Assembly: GCA_013265495.1 (NCBI GenBank) | Contig: MU058844.1 | Coordinates: 3,787,895 to 3,851,894 of the forward strand | Reading direction: 5' to 3' | Length of the DNA: 64,000 bases | DNA from: Vicugna vicugna | Taxonomy: Eukaryota | In this document: piece after piece, positions 50,503 through 63,009 of the stretch | How the letters are laid out: every line of letters begins with the position of its first letter | How positions within the stretch are numbered: position 1 is the first letter of the stretch | Position numbers and translations under genes: made by a program | The notes under the pieces: generated by a model | Database searches by the model: none | Told to the model about the DNA's origin: nothing | What the model saw: only the letters and a program-made list of their open reading frames with translations

Positions 50503-51334
50503 TGTTTAACTGGCTAAAATTAATATGACTAGTCTGGGAATAGTGTGCAAAAGAGAGTAAGGGAAAAGGGCTAATGAATGGCCATGAGGGGTACAAGGGG
50601 AGTTGGAGAGTTACTGTAGCAGACTAATAAGACCTCAGCTAGAGCAGAGGCTGTTACTGCACAAAGGAAGAGACAGAAGAAAGCTGTACCTTGTGACTGA
50701 CATGGGCACGAGAGAGTGGAACAACTAAAGGTGACTCTAACATTTTGAAACTTAGTGACTAGAAGTTTGATAGAATGATTAACAGAAGTGGAACAACATG
50801 GGACAAGGCTGATTTGGACAGATTATAGATCTAGCCTCTACTTAAACACTTAGAAGGTTAGATCTCTTTAGTTTCCCACGTGGCCTGTTCTACCATGAGA
50901 TAATTCAAATTATTATTGATGAGAAAATTAAAGCTCATAGTAGTGAGAAAAACCTGTCTGAAATCCAAAGCTAATCTTGAAAGACTGAGGTCATATTACC
51001 CCACACATTTTTCCATATACAATTAGAAGAGATTCAGACATTTTTTAATACAGAGAAATTGATAATTAAATTTAAAAATTAGTGAAATAAGTGCTTTTAA
51101 CAATCTGTGAAAATTTAGATGAAAAATTTGATAAAAATTAGATGAGAGAAAAAATTGTTCCAGGAGGAAGAAGTAGTTTCTGTCAACATCTTGGGGTGAT
51201 GAGGAACAAGCAGTGCTTTTCAGGAACTGTAATTAGTCCTGACCAGACAGAGTGTAGATTGGGAGGTGGGGGCAGATCCTGCCAAGCCTAGTTAGCCAAG
51301 TGAACTGTTCAGATTTCATAATGACAGAGGGAAC

Positions 51335-52170
51335 TTGGGGTAGACATTACTAGTGCTCACCAATATCTTGTTCTCTTCTCCTTCCTAGGCATATGTAAAA
51401 CTCTACTTCTCAGAACACTTGCAGCTGGGGGGATGGAACTAGTTCTGGTAATACAATCTATGTAGTTATTGGACTGCGGTAAGCAATGTCAACCACCAAA
51501 CATACCCATGTCCTAATTCCCAGAACCTGTGAATATGTTACCTTCCCTGGCTAAAGTAACTTTGCAGATGAGTTTAAAGTAGGGATCTTGAGCTGGGATA
51601 GCTATCCTGGATTATCCAATGGGCCAACATAATTGTAAGGGCCTAAAAGAGATGTGTTAACAGAAGCAGAGAGGAGGGAGGAGTGGAAGGAGGGAGGAAG
51701 GGAAGTAGGGGGTGGCAGTGGAGAGAGAGAGAGAGAGGGCTCTGAAGATGCTATATTGCGGGCTTTGGAGATGGAGGAATGGCCCCTGAGCCAGGGAATG
51801 TAGACAGCCTCTAAAAGCTAGAAAAAACAAGGGAGTAGATTCTCTCAGACCCTTAAGAAAGAATCAGCTGACACTTAAGACTTCAGCGCAATGAGATTCA
51901 ACTGAGCCTCTGACCTTCAGAGCTACAAGATTAAAGCTGTGTTGTTCTAAGCCACTATACTTGTGGTAATTTGTTATTAGTAGAAATAGGAAACTAATCC
52001 TGAGGTAATGGATATCTCTGAAGGATTCTACATCCCGCTTTCCCCCCAGCAATGAACATGGAAGTTCTGTGATGGCAGAGCTATGAGACTGATTTCAGCC
52101 TAGACTGATGATAAAGAGAGCTGCCTGGGAGAGCCCTCGATCTAGGCATAGATGAGAGAGCACTTTCTGT
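51335..52170 (+). mobile_element. Old MLT1 LTR containing a nested MLT1D-like LTR (about 51475-52000)
   Basis: Inner element 'catgtcctaattcccagaacctgtgaatatgttacctt...tcctggattatcc...ataggaaactaat'; outer flanks MLT1J-like. Confidence 0.75.
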
Positions 52171-52179
52171 TACCGTGCT

Positions 52180-52375
52180 AGGTTTTGAAAGGTAAGGAAT
52201 CCAGCAGCAGCTTAGCTGGATGGTCTGGCTCAGGGTCTCTCCTGGAGTTGCTGTTAAGGTGTCAATCATGGCTGCAGACTCTGAACGCCTGGCTGAGGCT
52301 TAAGGTTTTGCCTTCAAGCTCACTCTCATGGCCATTTGCAAGAGGCTTCAGTTCCTCACTGGCTTGGATCACTTG
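52180..52375 (-). mobile_element. MLT1 (MLT1F-like) fragment
   Basis: 'gcagcttagctggatggtctggctcagggtctctc...ttcaagctcactc'. Confidence 0.65.
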
Positions 52376-53019
52376 GAGGATCATTGTCAGGAGGCCCCTC
52401 TTGAAGGCTGGTTACCACTGGGGGCAGGGAAATGTGAAAGAATGAGCCCTACTTGACTATTTGTGGTGGGGAGGTGGCCAGTGTTAACATATCACATTGC
52501 TTTTCTGAAAAATCTCTCTTGTAAATGCTATTAAAAATAATAGTGTTTGGTGACAAGAGCCTACAACTTTAAGTAATTACTATCTAGCTTTTAGGTGCTC
52601 TGATACACTTGCAAGAGATTACCCCATTAAACATCTTGGTGAGAAGAGCCACACTGAAAGATCTCATCTCTATTTAATAGATTATAAATCATATATTCTG
52701 TTTGCATTACTTCCTATTTTTATATTATTTTCTTACATTATTTATTGTATGTATTTTATAATATTTCATCACTTTTTTAAACTCTCTAATCCAATATTTT
52801 CAAAAAGCAGTCCAAAAAACCCTCAGTTAGCATGCAGACCCTAATGAATGGAAGTGACAAAGTTACTGTTTTGAGATAGCTAAACCTACACATTAGCATG
52901 TTAAATGTTCTTGAAAAAGTCCTGCCATAAACAAAGTGACCTCAATTTATTTGTCTAAGGAATCTTTTTTTTACATAACATCTTAATATCAAGCTGACTA
53001 GTGTTCCTTGGAAACTTCT

Positions 53020-53470
53020 TTGGAAAAAATGGTGATCTAATCCTTCTTCTCCTCTCAACTCTTTGTTCTCGTTATGTTGCTGCAAATGACCATCATAGCC
53101 TTCTCTTGGGTCATGTGCTTTCATCCCTCCTGCCTAATCCAGTTTTACGTGATCAACATGGCTGTCCTCTTGAAACAAAATCTGATCAGCCTTCTCTCAT
53201 CCTTAGAACCACCTGGTAACACGCAGAATCCGGTGTAAACTCTTAAGCATGGCATGAAAGAGCCTTCTGCCACTTCTCCAGTCTTGCTTCCTGACACCTT
53301 CATGCCCAAGCTCTGCAGTGTGGGATTTCCAGGGCCCCTCAAACATAGCCCATTCTTTCATCCTGCCATGTTAGCTTTTTCCTGAAAAGTCCTCTCTTTT
53401 CTTACTTTAGCCTTTAGGATTCTTCTCAAATATAACTATCTAAAATCTTTTTGCCAGACAGATTTTTCAC
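53020..53470 (+). mobile_element. L2 relic
   Basis: 'tcttgaaacaaaatctgatca...aaactcttaagcatggcatgaaagagcc'. Confidence 0.55.
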
Positions 53471-53813
53471 CTCAGTAAACTTTACATTCAACTCTTTCAA
53501 TGTTGCTTTTCATTTTAATGGCACTAAGTTGAAATTCTTCCCAACATATCTAGCTGACAAGCCAACCTGGCTCAGGGATGGACTCTCCTTGAGGACTTGG
53601 AAGCTCTGTAGCCAGTGTTTGGCAAAATTGGAATGAGTGTTTGGAAATTCTGGCTATGACACTTTCTGAGTTCAGAATGGGGATTTGTGTGTCTTTAAAT
53701 GTTGACAATTGATCAGCTCCTAAACAAGTTTAATTAACTCCTGTCTCCCCATCTCTACAACACCCACTGACACTTCACACCTATATTTATGTACATGGAA
53801 CAAATCTACTCAT

Positions 53814-54365
53814 GTGGTCATATGTTGCTTTTCTGTGTCCTCCATCCATTAAACCATTTTCCGCTCAAAGTACTCTGCCTTTTCCTTTGGGGAATCCCTC
53901 CCCTTTACTCCTTTACTAACTTTGGCATTAGGAGGAGCTGACTCCACCCTCATCTTCAAGAGTAGCTTCATGAGCCACAGCTATTCAGAGCATTTTACTC
54001 CTCTGGTCACAGTGACTAGTTCAGAGGTGAGCAATGAATCCAACTAGATAAATGAGACAATTTTTTTCAACTTTTGTCAGAGCTATTGACGAAGAGACCC
54101 TTTCGCTCACGAGTTGCTAAGTTGGTCAAGTCCATGTCTGTAGCTAGAGGGAGCCAGTACATGAAGACAGAGTGCGTGAGCAGGATGATCACAGTGAAGA
54201 ATGAAGGACTGAGAAAGGGGACCTGTTTGTGATGTGAGTATCTGCACCCAACCTCACTTGGGATTTTTCAATTGTGTGCGCCAATTAATGTCTTCCCCCT
54301 CCTCCCCTTAAGTTAGTTTGAATGTGGTTTCTGTCTCCTGGCATTTAAAAAGTCTTGATAATAAA
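53814..54365 (+). mobile_element. Old ERVL/MaLR-type LTR
   Basis: tgtggtca start; 'ctctggtcacagtgactagttcagagg'; 'ggtttctgtc...aaaagtcttgataata' end. Confidence 0.55.
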
Positions 54366-54801
54366 GGAACTGTTTGTTTATACATTTGATTTCCAAGTAG
54401 CTTTTGATAATACTATTCTCAACGATAGTTCCTGGAGTATTATATCAGGTACTCCTGTCTCATCTTTCATTGTATAAATCCCTGAGTCTCCATCATAAAG
54501 CAAATGTGTGACTTCCCAAAGTTAAAAGACTAAGAATATTATCAAGTTCTTTTTTTTCCCCCTAGAGTTAGACAAATTGATTATGAAATTTATTTGGAAA
54601 AATAAATAAATGAGAATAGTCAGGAAAACCCTAGGGAAGATATTGGGGGCAGGTTATCTCTAGCAGATAAATTAAACTTACTATAAAGTCTCTAATTAAA
54701 AGTGTTATATTGGCACATGGAAAGACAGACTGATGGAATAGAATAGAAAATGCAGAAACAAATCCAAATTAATTCTTAAATTTAGTTTAGGATAAAGATG
54801 G

Positions 54802-55829
54802 TGTTTAGCTTCCTACTGCTGTTCTAACAAATCACTACAAACTTAATGACTTAAAACAACACAAGTTTAGTAATCTTTTGGTTTTGTGGACCAGACATCT
54901 GAAATGGTTCTCTGTGGGTTAAAATCAAGGTGTCTGCAGGGGTGCTTTTCTTCCTTAGGCTTTAGGAGAGAGCCATTTCCTTGCTTTCTCTACCTTCAAC
55001 AGGACCCCCTGCATTTTATGGCTCACAGCTTGTTGGGGAGGGAAAACTCCACCCCTCTCAAGTTCCTGTGGCTGGACTAATAACAGAATTGACATGAGGC
55101 AGATTAACAGGAGAAAAAGAAATGAATTTTAATTCATGTACATGGAGGTCTCACAGAAATGGGTCCTAAGAAGTGGCCAAAGCTGCAGCTTTTGTATGTT
55201 TTAGAAAAAGAAACAATAAATTTGTGAGGAATTGACAAAACAAAGAAATTTAGGTTTTAGATGCTCAATTAGTGAAAAAGAATCTAAACAGAGATTGAGT
55301 TTGGGGTAGTAAATTAAGGAAGTAACAAGGTTTGTTTATACAGGCTGCTCGGCCCAAATTCCCTCTCTCTGGCAATAAGGGTGTCCTCCTACCTCCAGAT
55401 GCAGGGAGTGCACCTTTCACATAAGAGATTTATTTCCTGCGTCTAGGAAGACAGAAAGGAGGGTCCGGGTGTCCCTCTTGTGTTGGCCGTTCCTTAAGTA
55501 ATTATCGAGGCATGTTTTGGGGTGGCCCACCATGGGCCCCAACAGGCTCGTGGCACCTCCCTTCCTCTTCAAAGCCAGCAGCATAGCATTTCAATCCTTC
55601 TCTGACTCTGTCTTTGTCTTCTGCCTCCCTCTTCCACTTTAAAGGTCCCTGTGATGATACTGAGCCTACCTAGATAAAAGTAATCTCTTTACTTTAAGGA
55701 CAGCTAATTAGTAAACTTAACTCCATTTGCTACCTTAATTCCCCTTTGCCATATAAACATATTCACAGGTTCCAGGGATTAGGACTTGAATATCTTTGTA
55801 GAGGAGGGGGCATTAGTCTGCCTACCACA
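54802..55829 (-). mobile_element. MLT1C/D-like solo LTR, split by an ERV1 LTR
   Basis: TG...CA ends with perfect 5-bp TSD gatgg at 54797-54801 and 55830-55834; similar to 1737-2239. Confidence 0.88.
55031..55544 (-). mobile_element. ERV1-class solo LTR (MER34-like)
   Basis: 8-bp terminal inverted repeat tgttgggg...ccccaaca, 4-bp TSD agct/ggct, 'gacatgaggcagattaacaggagaaaa'. Confidence 0.85.
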
Positions 55830-55933
55830 GATGGCATCTCAAATGAGGGGAAAAATGAATTTATAAAATAAATGATGTCAAGATAAATCGTTTATGAGAA
55901 AAAAACAGAAGCAGATTCACTCTTTCATATGTA

Positions 55934-56132
55934 CAGTTGACCTTTGAACAACATAGGTTTGAATTGCATGGGTCAACTTACATAGGAATTTTTCAGTAAC
56001 TACTTATTATAGTACTATACTAACTGAGGATGCAGAGCCTCAGAATCGGAGGGCTGACTGTAAGTTATATTTGGATTTCTGACTGCTGAGAGGGCCAGTG
56101 TTCCCAACTCCTTGCTTGTTCAAGGGTCAACT
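55934..56132 (+). mobile_element. Tigger2-derived MITE (MER8/Tigger2a-like)
   Basis: TIRs 'cagttgacctttgaacaa' / 'ttgttcaagggtcaact' preceded by TA. Confidence 0.85.
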
Positions 56133-57158
56133 TCATAAGAAATTCAAATGTAAAATTACAAAACCATACAAGTACTAGAGGAAATATGAGTGAATTCCTC
56201 TATAAATAGAAATAGGTAAAAACTTTCCTAAATATAACTCTAAATTCAAAAGCAATAAAGGTAAATAAAAATGTGTATGTTTGTATATCCATTTATACAA
56301 ACTTTTTTCAAGATAGGAAATATAACAAACGGAGGAACATATTTTCAGTTTATCTCCCAAACATTCCTAATATTTGATATAATGGGAGAAGAAAAAGACC
56401 AATAACTCTACAGAAAATTGAGCTAGAAAAATGAATAGTCCAAAAAAAAAGATATGCAAAGGGTTTTGAAAATATGGAATGGTAATCAAAACTGCTTATA
56501 GTAAGAGAAATGCAAATTAAAACCCATTAAGATATTTGATGATCAAAAATCAAAAAGTTTGGCAACATGAACTGTTGGATGGCTGTGGGAAAATAGGTAC
56601 TCTTATACACTGTCAATGTGAAGGCAACACAGTACAAGGTCTATGGCGGGAGTTTGGAAAAATCTAGAAATTACACGTGCATTTACCCTTTGACCCAGCA
56701 ATTCCACTAGGAGTCAGTCTCAAGCGTACACTAGCACAAATTCAAAAACGCATTTGCTCAAGACTGTTATTGAAGGACATTTTATCCTATTAAAATACTG
56801 GAACCACATTGAATGTACATCAATAAGGGAGTGGTTGAGTAGACTATGGCCTAACAATTCAATGGAGGTACTATGCAATTATAAAAAAGAATGGGGAAAA
56901 TCTCTGTGTGCTACTATAGATACGCCCAGGATATATTGTGAAGTGAAGAAAAGCAAGGCGGAGAAAATGTATATATATTTATCTAAGTATAGTATGCTAT
57001 ATAAAAATAAAACAATGAAGAAAAAGCGTAACATTAAAAGAAGTGGTTACTTCTAGGGAGAGGGAGAGAATAGGGTAGAGAAGACAGGAATATAAGCCAA
57101 ACTTCTTTAAATATACCTTGTTTTGGTGTAATTTATCTTAAAATTAAATCTTAGCTTA

Positions 57159-57815
57159 GTAGGATATTGCAGTTTATAATAAGAAATATATATTTTGCTT
57201 CCACTCGCTGTTTCTGACAAAGAGCTCCTAAAATCCTTGGGATTTCCGAAGTGATGACCCCAAAAGGGGTCATTTGTTATGTTAATGAGGCAACATCCTC
57301 ACCTAAGATCGGGGCTGACTGCCAGGAAAACCAACACTGTGACTAGAACCTTAGAACTTTCAGTGCTACAAGACCCCCCAGCCTCAAGGGAGGGGAGAGG
57401 AGCTGCACGTTAAATCATGCCCTTTCCCTGTATCTTGCCTTAGGCATCTCTTCCAGTGGGCTATTCCTGAGTTATATCCTTCTATACTAAACCAGCGATC
57501 TGGTAAATATTTCTCTGAGTTCTGTGAGTCACTCTAGTAAATTAATAGAACCCAAGGAGGAGGTTGTTGGAACCTTCAACATGTAGCAGAGTCAGAAGCA
57601 CAGAGGACAACCTGGGCTTGCAAGTGGGATCTAAAGTATGTGTCAGGGGCAGTCTTGTAGGGCTGAACAGTTAACCTGTGGAATTGGATGCTATCTCTGA
57701 GCAGCTAGTGCCTGAATTGAGTTGAGTTGTAGAACACCCAGGTGGTGTCTGAGAATTGCTTGTTGGATGTATGGGGGAATACCCTACTCCAGTGGTAGAA
57801 CTGGGTGCAGAACTT
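57159..57815 (+). mobile_element. MER21-family LTR
   Basis: 'tttataataagaaatatatattt...agagctcctaaaatccttgggatttcc', 'tttctctgagttctgtgagtcactctagtaaattaat'. Confidence 0.82.
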
Positions 57816-59169
57816 TTACTTAGTCTGATGAAAAGGCCTAAAACCCATGGCTAACCAAAGAGCAATAAGCCCCCTTGCACTTCAGAGTTTGGTCTTAAAA
57901 TTCTGTTTCCCACTAAAATGAACCAAAGTGCTTGAGATAGGAAATGTACCAGGTGAGTTTGAAATATTTTACTGTAAGAGTTAGCAAGGAAGCTATCAAG
58001 CACTACTAAGGTTATGTTAAAAGGATTCAGGAATCAACCTAAAGAGGATCCCACTGGCAAAAGATGGAATAATTCCAATTGTGCTAGGAAAAAAAAGTTC
58101 TATAGCTGTTTGAGCAGTGCTTTGTATGTACAATGATATAACTCTGTTAGTCATTATTAAAGTTTCTTCATATTTACTGATTTGGGTTTGATTATTCTTT
58201 CAGTTACTGGGCAAGTAGCCATGTATTACAATAAAATCAACTTTATCAGAAAGAAGATGGAACAATCTGATCATCAATAAGAATGCCAACTGCAGTGACT
58301 TTAATACAAAATATGTTTTAATCAATTGATTCTTAGTAATACTTACAAGAAAAATAATCACCAAAACCAAATGTATTGGTTCCAGAATTCTAGGGAACCA
58401 ATTATTTATTTTTAAAACTAGTGAAAAAAAATAGGGAGGAATCAAGCATTTACCTCACCTTCCTTCTATTGTATTTATGTATTTAGGTAAATGCCTTTCC
58501 AATGTACCATTGGTAATTAATGGGTAGAGAAGAAGGTTTCTTTTATAGAAATATTCTAGGAAATAAATGAAGGAATAATAGCATTGCAGTATTATCTCTT
58601 CACTGCTCCTTGCCCCACCACTGATCTCCATGAGGGATCAAGACACTGAGTATCAATTTTGGTATAAAACTAAAGGAGAGACAGTATGCCTCCTGATGAA
58701 CAATACTACATCATACATTGAGAAGCCTTGTAAGAACTCAAATCTGAATCTGATCAAGCCTTAAATTTAAAAACTGACAGGAAACACAGAGAACACAGGA
58801 ACCTACTAACTCACAGGGATGCAATTAACAAAATTCAGACTGAGGGAAACTCTAGAGACCTCTAAAGATCAAGTGACTCAATATTTCTAACAAATAAATA
58901 TCAAGAGAATAATATGGCGGAGACTATTGATTCAAATAGACCTAAGAGATTCATCGATCAAATTTAATGCACTAAACTGATGAATAAAGGGAAAGGTCAA
59001 GCATTCATCTGTTTCCTATTCAATATACCCCAGACCCCAGCCAGAGCACATGCCTTCTGATCATCCTTTTCAATCTGTATTTTGGACATTGAATGGACTC
59101 CATGGAGATTTGTTCTCCAGTTGGTGAAGACTTCATTATGATAATGCTGACGTATTATTCATGATAATA

Positions 59170-59410
59170 GTGATGATGATAATAACATAACAAATTTCTT
59201 GAACCCTCCTTATGTGTGAGGAACTGTGTATTATTTCATTTACTTTCCCAGCAATGCTAATATAAGTGCTTTAGTAATTCCAAATTACAGATGAGGAAAC
59301 AGAGGCTCTTACAAAAATTGAATGAATCACTCATGACCCCACGTCAATATTAAGCTGGAGGCTTATACCTAAGAGCTAAGATTCCCTGCCCAGGCTGTTA
59401 CCTTTCTCAA
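59170..59410 (-). mobile_element. MIR SINE
   Basis: 'ttacagatgaggaaacagaggctc'. Confidence 0.75.
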
Positions 59411-62400
59411 GTACCTGATTTACCATAAACATAAAAGAAGAGGTTACCTTTTGGATTTCATGTTCCCTGATACTATAAATATAGCTAAGCAAGTGGCTCC
59501 ATCGCCTCTAGAATGAATAACACGAATAGGACATACAATGAAATCTGTACCCTTTTTATAGCTGAGGGATCTGTGCCTTTGCATCTTGACTGGAGTTCTG
59601 CTTTAAATGGACTGCCATTTCAGGATTGCTTCAGGGACCAATGGTGGTATAGGGGAATGTTTTAGTCTAATAATATTAACCTGAATATAAAAAATGTGTT
59701 ATCTAGGGACATAATGTACTTTCGCATTAGAGAGTAAGAAAGGAAAAAAAATTAAAACTAGAGCAGAGTGGTAGAAAGGTGAAGAGGAAAATAGGTTATG
59801 GAAATGAGAAGTCAGCTGGGAAATAAGCTTAATGAATAATTAGTAAGAGGGGCTGGGGATGTATGTAAAGCTGGGCTCACTCTGCAAACTGCATACTATA
59901 TGGTGGTTAGAAGGACACCACAGACTGCCAACACTTTTTGTTTTATTTTGTTTTTCATCTCATTAATGACAACAATTCCAATACTGCTATTTGGTTGCAG
60001 ACTACTGCACAGACGAGGGGATATTTCTTACACTTGCTTTGCATATGACTTCTGTGTTTTATCATTCAAGTAGGGCTACTGAGGTCCATTTGGGTCACTC
60101 TAGCAATTATTTTGGGTGCAGGAGAAGTTGGCAATGTTGTACCAAGACCTACCATGGACTATAACTTATTTTTATTATAAAATGAGAATAAATTGGAACC
60201 TTTGATTTCCAAGGGTCATTCTTGAATTATGAGCTGGCTAGCCCTAGAAGGATGGTTGGCAAATGCATTTTTAGGTTATATTTTAAAATATCTAGATGTA
60301 GTTTGAGCATTGTTTTTTGTTTTTATTTGTTTTATTCTGTAAGATTAACTATTAAATCTTATTCTCAGTGTATGAAGCATAGAATAATAATGACAAAGTA
60401 ATAATAATAGTATTTTGAGCATGAAAAGTACTGGCCTACGTGAGGCTGAGATGTGAATAAGAACGTCCTGGGATGGTAGGCTAGGACTACTGATTCAAAG
60501 CTCAAACAATCTAAATTTAAATCTTCCTTTATTACATGGCTCACATAAATCTACGTCCCTGGGTCTGCCCTTCTGTCAAACATTCCAGTACTTTCTCATA
60601 TCCTTTGTTAAGAGTCTGACTTTGCTTAAAACTTTACAGCACAGAGATCATAGAATTATGTTTCCTTTACCTCTGTCTACTCTTTTCCCAATAATTCTGC
60701 CTTCTTTGAAGGCTGGTATGCTCATTGCCACAGGAGACTTGATTTATTCTTTAGTTCTCGCTAAAAAGAAAAAAAGCTGACAACATTCTGGAATACTTTG
60801 ATTAGTTGTGGATTAGATACCGGTTTGTGTAACTGGTTTAGGGAAGGACTAATCCTAGGGAATAATAAAATGCATTGAATCTGTCAGGTGCTTAATACAT
60901 AGTTTGTGATTTGATCAACTACATGTCCTGTTCTCAGGCACATGAAGCTTTTTCCCAAGCAGTCCTTATTTTTGTTTTGGCTCTGAATTAAGCCTTGACA
61001 AATCTGACAGGCTTTTTCTGCAGAATAACAAAGCACCACCCTGAAGTCCAGCAGCCCTGTATAGTATTGGATTTCCTCTCTGCAAGGCCAAAAAGTCATT
61101 GCTTTTGCTATTGTAATGCCATATTAAGAATTCTCCACCCTGTAAACAAGACAATTTAAAACTCACTGACGTAAATTAAAAACAAAAGTAATCTCATGTA
61201 AATAGGAGAGACAATAATTTATCAGACAATTTCTTAAAGGGATCTCTGTTTGTTTGTGAACCTGAACTTGAATTTTACACACAGCCTTCACTTTTGCTGT
61301 TGCTGAGGTGAAGAACCAGTGACCTGGTGAAAACTCATTTATATCTCAAAGCTTCTACTCAGAACTGACATATTGTCAAAGGAGGTCCACACTGAAGCCC
61401 AAAGTCAATGAGCTGAGATGTATTAAAGGAAATACTCTACTGTCTGCTTTCGTGATCAAACACATTGTTTCCTTTCTTCTGCAATCAAAATATATTCACT
61501 CCCACCTCTAAGGAAGAAATTCTGAATATCTCACCCAATCTGGGCACAAAGTGCAAAACCTAGGGTCTCATGACAGTCTTTCCATAGATTGAAGATCTGA
61601 AGATCTATCAAATAAAAGTGCACTTCTCTCAAGATACAATCGTGGGACAGTGAATAATAACTGCAACAAACACTCTCACTGGAAATAAGATAAGAAATGT
61701 TACTAGATGTGGCCTTAATTTTTCCCAATCCATTGTTTTTCTAGGTGGTGGAATCATCTCTCTGGAAGAGCCTTTATTTCTATCACACTCCTCAGCCACA
61801 TCTTGTCAGTGCATTAGATAATATGCGTCTCTGGAGGCTGAGCAGCTTGCTAAGCCTGCTCCCTATTTGTAGGAAACTGGGGGTCTCAAAAATGGTTTAT
61901 GCTTTAATAGTGAGTCTCTTTCAACCTGGGCTATTAGAACTTTTGGTAAAAAGTCTATCCAAAATGTAGCTTTAAAAAAATTATTTGACTTCAATTAGCA
62001 ACAAGTGCAAATAGTCATGCTCCTATTCTTTTGAGATATGCCTTTCTCTCTAGACTACAGATTACTTGAGCTACCAGGCTTCAAGGAAATGGTGGGCATC
62101 TCTTTTTTGCAAAGGCGTTTTATCCAACTGTCTAGTGGTCACCTTAAACCAATCTGAGTTTTTTAAAAAAGATTATGAATGCCCTTTATTTGGGAATGTA
62201 TTTTCATCTGAATTTTTAATGCCTTTGCTCAAAGCATTTCCAATTTTCTTTGACTAATTGGAAACATTTCTGTTTTCTGGCTCTGCAACCCCAATAATTC
62301 CTGTTTGCACTCATTTCCTTTTCTTCCCTGCTTGCAAAGCAGCCCAACCTTTGCTGACTTTGCCTGACAATTCTGGGGAAGAAAATAACCAAGTGACACG

Positions 62401-62635
62401 AGTAACATTCTGTTTTAAAACCTCTTCCCCCAAAGCTAGTTCTTCATTAGGTATATTATCTGCTTTCTAAATTGTTGCAGGTGACATTTTACTTAAATAT
62501 TTTGCTGCTGCATACTGTGGGTCACCAATTTTCCAGCTTTTAATAACAATTTATTTATAACCTGTCTCTTGGACCCAAGGTCAATACACAGATTTTCAGC
62601 TTCTTGTTATAAGAGCACCTCACTTTAAGATACCA

Positions 62636-63000
62636 GTATCTGTTTTAGTCAACTTTACTATGATAACAAGTGAGTGCAAAGTCTTAGTGCCTGTAACAAA
62701 AAAATTAACTTATTGTTCATGTTACACAGAATCTCAGGTCAGCTGCTGTTCAGCTGGATGCTTTAAATAGGCTGGGCTCTGCTCTGCTGTCCTTTCACTC
62801 TGTGACTGAAAGTTTAGCTTCTGTGCCAGCCATTCACAATGCCTCTTAATGCTTCCACTCAGACTGGGAAGTAAAGGAACTGGCATACTGTCCTTTCTGC
62901 TCACATTCTATTTTCCAGAGCAAATTACAAAGCTTAGACTACAATCAGAGGGCAAAGAAATACAGAAATACAAAGAAATATAGAGAAGGACCACATGAAT
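62636..63000 (-). mobile_element. Old MLT1-type LTR fragment
   Basis: 'tactgtcctttctgctcacattctattttccagagcaaattaca'. Confidence 0.5.
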
Positions 63001-63009
63001 GATGCAAAT

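Larger units (their letters stand above)
54560..58965 (+). mobile_element. Old L1 (L1MC/ME-like) ORF2 3' half and 3' UTR, host of several nested elements
   Basis: 'ttaaaacttactataaag...tggaatagaatagaaaatgcagaa', 'ccctttgacccagcaattccactagg', L1MC-like 3' UTR 57820-58960. Confidence 0.72.

Noticed and set aside
51670..51740. G/purine-rich tract as G-quadruplex or triplex element
   Set aside because: Low-complexity expansion inside an MLT1 LTR with no independent sign of function.
61535..61604. Minus-strand exon-like segment
   Set aside because: Weak, ambiguous acceptor caused by an 8-bp duplication (gaagatct x2); peptide not recognised.
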